From NCBI GenBank assembly GCA_964431285.1, contig CAYSJO010000896.1:1-63964 (forward strand): 63,964 nucleotides of DNA, in the 5' to 3' direction. Below the pieces are notes generated by a model, which saw nothing but the letters and a program-made list of their open reading frames with translations, was not told the DNA's origin and did not search any database. Below are positions 46,145 to 54,700 of the stretch, piece by piece (within the stretch, counting starts at the first letter, position 1; each line of letters opens with the position of its first letter). This stretch comes from an uncultured Planctomycetaceae bacterium (GTDB lineage Bacteria; Planctomycetota; Planctomycetia; Planctomycetales; Planctomycetaceae). A program made the translations under genes and the position numbers.

Positions 46145-48607
46145 ATGAAACGTATCGCCCACTGCGCGCTTCTCGCGCTCGTCGTTGCCGGACCGCTGCT
46201 CAATTCGCAAGTCGCCTATTCACAGGCACCGGCGCCGATTCGAGGCTCGATCATTGAGGACCGGGCTGCGAAGAAACTCGTCGAGGCCGGCGACACTCGC
46301 TATGACGCCGACGAGGTCAAAAAGGCTGTCGAGGTGTGGCAGTCAGTGCTGGAACGTTACCCGACGAGCCGAGTGCGATTCGAAGCACACATGCGACTCG
46401 GGAACTACTTTCTCGAGCGGGATCGGGCATACGACAAAGCCCGCGTTCAGTTCGAAGCGGTCGCCATCGAACAGAACCGCAACGAAGAACAGCGAGCCGA
46501 AGCATCGTTGAAAATGGGCATGTGCTTTTACGAGGCCCGTAATTTCGGCAAGTGCTTCCAGGTAATGCGTGACGTCATCGCAGAATTCCCAGTCAGCAAA
46601 CAGGTGAATCAGGCCTACTACTACATTGGTCTCGGTCACTTTCAGCTTGGGCATTACAGCCGCGCGATCGCCGCTCTGGAAAAGGTCGGCACCTCAATGG
46701 GTGCTGATGACGATCAGATTCTGAAAGTCGAAGCCGGCAAGCGTTTGTTTGTGAAAATCGAGGACGCGGACCTGTCTGCACTCGATGTGGGCAAGGCCGT
46801 TATGGTGCAGTGCGAAGCGACAAGTGGCGATGTCGAAATCGTGGAATGCTTCCCTGTGGGTCGCAATGTCCGCATCGTCCTAGGTAGCATAGTGACACGA
46901 CTGGGTAAACCGAAACCCAAGAATGGTCAGCTCGAAGTCAAAGGGGACGACAAGGTCAAAGTCGTCTACATCGACGAGCATACAGCAGACAAGCAGTTTG
47001 ACCGGCAGGTACTGCACGAAGTCGCCGTCGTGGGCGATGGTGTCGTCGAGATTACCGACGGGGCGTTTGCGGAGACTCTGCAGGGAGTTGTGCTGGGCAA
47101 GTCGGTCAATGTTCAGACGAACGATCCCGATCGCGACCTGACTGACGATGCCGATCAGATTCAGGTTTCCGTACAGGTGTACCGAGCGAAAACCGACGAA
47201 GAGATCGAACAGGAAACAATCGAAGCTCTTCAGGCCGCTGAAGGCGAAGGTAGTGAGGCCGTTGAGCTTGACGAAGACGATCAGCCAAAGATCGATCGGT
47301 ACCGTAAAGTGGACGAAGTGGTGGTCACGCTGACTGAAGCCGTGATCGAAACGCTTCGGCCAGTCGACACGGGTGTTCTTGCTGATCCAGCATCGACCGA
47401 CCCAACAACGACTGCTCCGACTGAGGCAGCCCCCGCCGAGACGACACCGCCCGCTGCGGCGCCACCTGCTGACACTCCCAAGCCCGTCGCCACCGAGGAA
47501 AACTCCGAAGAGTTCGGCGGTACTAAAAAAGGCGAGGAAGCTCCAACGGCCCCCGTAGCTGTCGTCGAAGAGAAAGACGACTCAATCCACTCCGGCGTAT
47601 TTCGGTCGGCTGTCAGTCTCACACGTGCCGATGAGATCGTCGCCGGTGACGCAATCCTGCAGGCACTGCCGGGCGACGTTATTCGCATCGTCTACCAGGA
47701 CGAGAAGAACTCCACGGACGACACGATCGAAGTTCGTGCAGAAGCGAAGTGCATTGAAGGCAACCTGGGTGGTGTGCGTGTCACGCGGACTCAGATTTCT
47801 GACCGCGAACTTCGAGTGCGGACACGGCTGAAGACCGCTCACGCACTGACGAACATTGGTAATCGGTACAAAGAGTTTGGCCTGAAGAAGAACGCTGACG
47901 GCAAGTACCAGGCTGCATTGACACTGTGCGAAGACATCATGAATGAAGCTCGCCAGCTGGGTGGGCGACTGCTGGAAGAAACCTACGTCCAGCTTTGGAA
48001 AATCTACTTTGAAATGGACCGCCTGGAACTTGCCGCCGCGATGGCCCAGCGTCTCCAGCGGGAGTTCCCAAACAGCGGGTTTGTGGACGATGCTTTGCTG
48101 CAGCTTGCCGATGTTGCCCGTGAGCAAGGCAACCTCAACCGGGCGATTGGGATTTACAACCGGCTGGTGCGCATGGAAGGAAGCCAGCTACGAGGCGAAG
48201 CTCAATTCGGTGTCGGCGAATGCTATGAGAAAATGGCCGAAGGCGCTCAGGCCGGTGCTGGTTCAGAGCAGCTCTTCGATCGGGCGTTTCAGGAGTACAA
48301 GAAGGTCTTTGACGAGTTCCCAGACAGCGGTCGCGTGGGCGAGGCCGTGTCACGCATGGCGAACCATTACTACCGCCAGAAGGACTACGCCCGTGCGATC
48401 GATACGTTCGAGACCGTGTTGTCGAACTATCCAGATGCACGGTTCCTCGACGTAATCCTGTTCAACTACGGACGCTGTCTCTACCGCATGGAGAAGCGAA
48501 ATCAGGCACGTCAGCGGTTTGATCAGCTTATCGGGGACTATCCCGAAAGCCCACTCGCGGCAGATGCTCGCAAAATCTCAGAAGCTCTGGCACGTTCCGG
48601 TTTCTGA
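46145..48607 (+). CDS. secreted TPR - beta-module - TPR protein (820 aa)
   Basis: Signal peptide MKRIAHCALLALVVAGPLLNSQVAYSQA. YbgF-like TPRs at both ends. Central modules (FVKIEDADLS...VKVVYIDEHT and NVQTNDPDRDLTDDADQIQV...HSGVFRS...GDVIRIVYQDEKN), the second split by an acidic/Pro-rich insert. Confidence 0.75.
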   Translation: MKRIAHCALLALVVAGPLLNSQVAYSQAPAPIRGSIIEDRAAKKLVEAGDTRYDADEVKKAVEVWQSVLERYPTSRVRFEAHMRLGNYFLERDRAYDKARVQFEAVAIEQNRNEEQRAEASLKMGMCFYEARNFGKCFQVMRDVIAEFPVSKQVNQAYYYIGLGHFQLGHYSRAIAALEKVGTSMGADDDQILKVEAGKRLFVKIEDADLSALDVGKAVMVQCEATSGDVEIVECFPVGRNVRIVLGSIVTRLGKPKPKNGQLEVKGDDKVKVVYIDEHTADKQFDRQVLHEVAVVGDGVVEITDGAFAETLQGVVLGKSVNVQTNDPDRDLTDDADQIQVSVQVYRAKTDEEIEQETIEALQAAEGEGSEAVELDEDDQPKIDRYRKVDEVVVTLTEAVIETLRPVDTGVLADPASTDPTTTAPTEAAPAETTPPAAAPPADTPKPVATEENSEEFGGTKKGEEAPTAPVAVVEEKDDSIHSGVFRSAVSLTRADEIVAGDAILQALPGDVIRIVYQDEKNSTDDTIEVRAEAKCIEGNLGGVRVTRTQISDRELRVRTRLKTAHALTNIGNRYKEFGLKKNADGKYQAALTLCEDIMNEARQLGGRLLEETYVQLWKIYFEMDRLELAAAMAQRLQREFPNSGFVDDALLQLADVAREQGNLNRAIGIYNRLVRMEGSQLRGEAQFGVGECYEKMAEGAQAGAGSEQLFDRAFQEYKKVFDEFPDSGRVGEAVSRMANHYYRQKDYARAIDTFETVLSNYPDARFLDVILFNYGRCLYRMEKRNQARQRFDQLIGDYPESPLAADARKISEALARSGF

Positions 48608-48734
48608 AAGTTTCCCACGTCGTTACGTCATTCTGAGCACGATGTTCCACCACCTCTTTGCTGCCTTCAAATCCTCTGTTGGGCTCAACAGAAACAGACG
48701 AAGGCTGCGGAGTCTCAAACGAATGGTGATTGAT

Positions 48735-51700
48735 ATGAGCCGGGTCCTGAATGCGGTGTTCATTGCTGGTCTTCTCGCGGTCACATTTCCTTTGTCAGCC
48801 CAGGAGACGGGTGACACTCCGCCTGCTGACGACAGTGGTGGAATCGATGCTGTCAGCCAGGAAGCCACCAGACTGGAAGGAGAGCTTGGGAAGTACAAGG
48901 ACACCGCGCCTGAGGCCGGAGAGGCGTTGTTCAAGCTGACCGAGCTGTATCACTCTAACGGGCGGTCATTTGGCCTCGTTCGAGCAGCGCAGCGGTTTGT
49001 CGCTGCTCGTCCCACTGACACCCGGCATGCGGCTGTGATGCTCAGACTGGCGGACGGACTGGAGACACTTGCACGGCACAAGGAATTCACGGTCATCGCC
49101 CGGCAGTTCCTTACTCGCTACCCAAGTGCCCCTGAGTGTGCCGCGATGGAAGAGCGGCTAGCGGTGTCACTAGAGAAGACAGACCAGCGGGAAGATGCGG
49201 CAGTCGTCTATCAGAATCGCTGGCGACGTGAGCAGAATCCCAACGGACGTAAATGGGGTGTACGCGCCTGCCGTCTTTTCTCGCAGCTTGGCAATGCGAA
49301 CATCGTCATTGGAGCTGAACTCGCCGAGGAGATGTTCGACAAGCTGCCGAAAGATGAATTTGCTCGCAGTATGGGCGAGCGTTCTTACTGGGAGTGGCGA
49401 AGGGCCAGTCAATGGGCCAAAGCCAACGGAATGGGCGGCAAACTTGTTAAGTCAAACCTGGTCCGGCAGCCCGAGAAGAAACGTGAGATTCTGCGGACGA
49501 TGGCTGAGAATTACCGCAGTCTTGGCCAGTACACCAACGCTGTGGAAGTGCTCAAGCAGGTCCGCGCGATCCGCGACGATCAATGGTCGCTCAACTATCA
49601 CATTCAGTCTCTGTACGACTCGGCAGTTCCGGCGGCTCAGATGCAGGCACCCGTGCAGGAATATCTGCGTGAGCACCCCAAGCGCATGGATCGGTACGAG
49701 CGCATTGGCCTTTTGGCGCTGGCCTTTAATCGAGAGAACAACCCACAGCAGGCACTCAAACTGTTCCGCAGTCTGCTGGGTGTGATTCCGGCGACGCACA
49801 GTGTCGCGTCGCATTTTGTACAGCTCAACGGCACCGATCCGGCTCGGCTCGTGGACACGGAAAAGGCTCTGCGGGCCGCGATCGCGCAGTGCGATGCGGC
49901 GAATCCGTCACAGACCTGGGCGCTCCGATACCAGCTGGGGATCTCCCTCTTCCGAGATCGTCTGAAGGACAATGCAAAAGCAAAGGTGGCGCTGCGTGAG
50001 TTCATCCAGAAGTCACCGACGAATGATGGCAATGTCTGGAATGCCATCTCGTGGCTCCTGTCCAATGCCGAAAACGACAGCGAATTTCGCAGCGATGCCG
50101 CAATGATCATGAAGGTTCGACGGCAGTATCCGCACTGGTCGAACCTGCGTAGCTATCCGGGAAACTGGGCCAAGACGGCACTGATGAGCAAGGAGCCGGG
50201 TGTCTCGGCCCGTGGTGCTCTCTTGCAGAATCTTGTCGACCAGTCGGCCAAAGACCCTGTCTTTCAGCTCATCAGCCAGTTTCGCACGAGTGCAACGAAC
50301 GAACGCGAGGGCCAGCTCCGTGCGAAACTTGGCGAGCCCGCACTCTTCAATACCTACAGCCTGGAAGCCAAACGCTGGAACCTGTACGAGCTGGGTTCCT
50401 ACTACCAGCGCTACTCACCTGGCGAACAACGCAAGCTGTCACCTGGTTACTGGGGCCGGCTCATCGAACTGTTTCCGAAAGAGCCGTCGTATCGATATTC
50501 GTATCTGAGTGATGCTACAGACTATGGCACGCCTGAAGAAGCCAAAGAAGCGGCACTGAAGATACTTGAGCTGGAGCCGACGGGAGTCAGTCCAGACGTG
50601 TGGCGTCGGATTGCCATGGCTGGCGACAAGAACATGGACGCTGACCTGGTTCGCAAAGCGGTCGCGTACGCAAAGAAATCGTACGCCACGTTTGGTGTCA
50701 CCAATCATCAGTATCTGACGGGAATTGGTGACACGCTGCTGAGAATGGAACTCGAAAACGAAGCAGTTGCACTGTGGAGTGAAGTTGCAAAGCCCGGCCT
50801 TACCGGTGGCGAAGCACGTGATTCAGCCTCGAAGCTTCTTGCGAAGATGGAAGACCCCCGACAGAAGATCGCGTTCCTGAAGCAGCGGTTTCTGCAGGAC
50901 ACCGACAATTTCGCTCGATATGGATCATGGCTTGGCGATCTGCAGCTTCGCACGGGAGACGTAGCAGGCTTTGAATCCACCATGCGTCAACTCAAAAAAC
51001 GCATGGACGATCGACCGTTCCGACCCACGGACATAAATGCGTATGACCTGCACTACGCATTGCATTACTACCGGACCAGTCATGCCGATTATCGGGTTAA
51101 CCCTGAAGTGGAGAATACTCCAGAGAACATTGCTCGCGTCGATCGAGCGATCGCAGATGTGCAATATGACTGGCCCTCGGCGCAGGCGGCTTTGTTCCTG
51201 CTGGAAGCTGAAGAACCCGGGACACAAAAGCCCATGAACCGGCTTCTGGCCTGGCAACGAGTGACACAGCAGATCCACGGTGATTCACACCGATGGGATC
51301 AGTTGATCGGCTTTGCGTCACGCGCCATCGTCGCCAATGACTACAGCGTCGCTGCCACCCTGTTGACCGGGATGCTGGAAAACTTCAAGGCAACGGAAGT
51401 TGGTCGTCTACAACGTGGCCGTACAATGGTCGGGCAATGCTATGCCCGCCTGGGCTCAGTTGGCCTGACAATCGATGAAAACAGCCCGCTGGCTCCTCTG
51501 CTGCAAGCGGCCTTGTATCTGCGACTGGGTGACGAGCGACTCGCACTCGACACATACGTTGCCAACAAGGCATTGTACGATCAGCACCGCGATGAAGTGC
51601 CTGTCGATCTGACCGTATTCATCTGCGAAAACATGCTCGCCGCTGGCGGTGAAGAGAACCACAACAAGGTCGAGGACATTCTGCGTGGCTGGATCATCAA

Positions 51701-54700
51701 GAACAGTGAGCTGACCACTGTCAAAGACGACATCAAAGCTCAGATCCAGTTCCTGCTTGCGAAGAACTTCTTTGGGTCCCGCCGCTTCGACGTTGCCCGC
51801 AGTGAGTATCAGACAGTCATCGACCGCTATCCGGAAACGGTCTTTGCCGTCGAAGCCGAGTTCGGCATCGGCGAGACCTTCATGGCTCAGAAGGTGTATG
51901 ACCAGGCCGAACTGGTCTTCGAAAAACTGGCTAACAGCCGAGATTCCGAGATCATCGTACGGGCTGAGTTCCTGCGTGGAGTCCTGTCACATCGGCGCGG
52001 CGACAACGAAGAAGCTCGAGATATCTTCCGCACGGTGCTGGAGCGCGTTCCGAATATCGATCTTGCGAATCAGGCTCTGTACAACCTGGCGGAAGTTTAC
52101 GGCGATGAAGAACGTTACATGGACCAGTTGCAGTTGCTGATGACCGTCGGACGTCTCGGGCGCGTCAGCAAGCGGCAGCATGCTCCCGGCCTGCCCCTGT
52201 CCATCGTTGTACAGGACAGCGACCTGGGGATCAGCCGCGGACACAACCGCATTCCAGTCATCATCACGACTGTCCCTGGTGGCGATGAGGAACTGGTTTA
52301 CCTGACGAGCGGTGGGGCAGGCAAAGGCCTGTTCCGGGCCGACGTCGACACGGAACTGGGTCCAATCACCAAGGGTGACAGAGTTCTTCAGCTCACGGGT
52401 AAGGACACGATCAAGTCCGATTATCCCGACGAATTCAAGTCCGAGTTTAAGAGCGTTCCTCTATCGGATGTGGAGATTCGGATTGCCGCGGACGGCCAGT
52501 TCGAAGTCGCATCGAGCAAAATCATCGACGAGGAAGAAGAGTCCTTCAGTGATCGTCTCGAACGTGAAGCTCGCGAAGAAGAACTTGCTGACGCCCGCCA
52601 GTCACAGCAGCGACCGACGAACCAGATCAAGCCTGGTAACCCGATCTATCTTCGCGTGAAGGACGCTGACCGCGATCTCGGCGACGAGAAGGACACGATT
52701 GTGACCAAGCTCGTCGCTGACAGTGGCGACCAGGTTCAAGTCACGTTGAACGAGACGGAACCGCACTCGGGTATCTTTGAAGGCTACGCCAAGACCGGTG
52801 AGCTGCCAGCCGGTGCCCTCGCGACTGATACCGCCATCGATCACAACCCGCTGATGTCGATCGACCGCGATCCGGCAACGTTCTGGCTCAGCGAACCGGA
52901 TGGTGCGACTCCGAAACTGCTGACGGTCGACATGAAAGACCTGAAGTCTGTGTCGCGAGTGAAGTTCCACACACCGAAGCCTGACGAAAACGCTCCTGTG
53001 AGGGCCGAACTGCAGGCAAGTTATGACGGGCAGTTCTGGTTCCGTGTCGCTGCTCACCCGGCGATTCCGAATGCACCCAAGGTCGGCACCGAAGACTACG
53101 GTGCCATGAAGTTCCGCCTCTACAGGGGTAATACCACAAGTTACACGACATGGCAGCAGGTGCTGTCGCTCGCGAATGGAGAGCCGCTTCAGGAGAGTGA
53201 AGTTGTGGATGGTCAACTCGTCTGGAATCGTCCAGAAGTTGACGAAGCTGACAAAAACCCGATGAGTTACGTAACAGGCGTGTGGTACGGTAAGTTCGTG
53301 CAGCAAAAGTCAGGTGCTGTGCGATTCGCACCGCGGGGCACGCGGACAGGTATGTCGGTCAATGGCCGCTTGGAGATGGAACTTGGCCCCGGTAATCGCA
53401 CGGTTGACGTGTGGCTGGACAAAGGCGTCCACGACCTGACCATCTTCTGCTCGGCACACCCGAACCAGCAGATTCTTGAAGTTGTTCGAGCACGTTCCGA
53501 TCTCAATCGGCAACAGATTGTCTTCAGTCCGTTCCTGACCAGCGACTTCGATCTGTCTCAGTTTGCACCACCCGAAGTTGCCGCAGCCGACACGGGGCCA
53601 ACGGATGGGGAGACAACTGCCGAAGAGGGACAGCCGACACCAGCAGAACCAGAGGCTGATGTCACACTCGACCTTGAGACAGTTCAGCTGGCAAAGACGA
53701 CCGAGCAGTTCGCCGTCACGGAACCGGCGGACCTGCCCAAGTCGATTGGTTTCTGGCAAAACCTCGAGGACGTTGCGAGTTGGGAATTCGATGCTCCGGC
53801 CGGAATCTACGACGTCTGGCTTGAGTACGCACACCAGTATGGAAGTGCAAGAGTTCGTGTCGAGCTGGGTGATCAGCGATTCACAGCTCCCGTTCCAGCC
53901 ACAGGCAACTACTCGACCTACCGCAAAGAGCGGTTCGGCACGATCGTGATCGACGAGCCAGGCAAAGCCAAACTGGTCGTGCGGCCAGACACGCTTGGCA
54001 ATGGCGTGCTGATGAACCTCCGCAAAGTGGAACTGCGAGCTGCCAGCGGAACACGGGTTGTGTTGGCGGACACTTCGTGGGAATTCCGCTTCGACCCTCA
54101 CGACGTGCGCTACACGCGACTCGTTATCAACGAATACCTCGGTGAGGCCGTCGCGATCAGCCACATTGAAGTGTCTGGCGAAGACATCAAGGCTCCGTTC
54201 ATTCCCACGGAGTCCGATGTTCTGGCTCTCGCTCAGAATGATCAACTGGAGATTGCCGGCGGTGACGTCGTCACGGCGACATACACGGATGAAGTGACGC
54301 AGATCAATTCCGGAGCCAGTCGACTTCTGGCCGGCAAACTGCAGGCGACGTACTTCAACGGTTCAGTGTCTCCGATTGCGTACGACTTCATTCGACAGAA
54401 CAACGGTGCTGTCGCCAATGTGCGGAAACGCCTGAAGCGAGTCGACCCCGGTGAGCGAGTCACTGTAGAGATCACCGACTACGACCGCGACATCTCCGTT
54501 TCTCGTGACAAGCTGCAGTTCGAAGTCAGTGTGAACGACGGCGAACCAATCACGCTGACAGCAACCGAAACCGAAGAAAACACCGGTCTCTTCACGAAGG
54601 AAGTTGACACGGCCGCGGTCGCCGAGGGAGACAAGCTGGTCGTCAAAGAGGGAGACCGTATCAACATCAAGTACATCGATGAGCAGAACACATTCCCAGG

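Noticed and set aside
48519-48734. N-terminal 72-aa extension of the giant ORF
   Set aside because: Overlaps the last 89 nt of the upstream TPR gene. The ATG at 48735 (or 48723) gives a typical signal peptide, so the extension was judged non-coding.
53310-54245. 311-aa minus-strand ORF (and neighbours 52602-53306, 52888-53331)
   Set aside because: Antisense to the giant TPR/beta-module gene. No start context or domain signature. Interpreted as GC-driven shadow ORFs.
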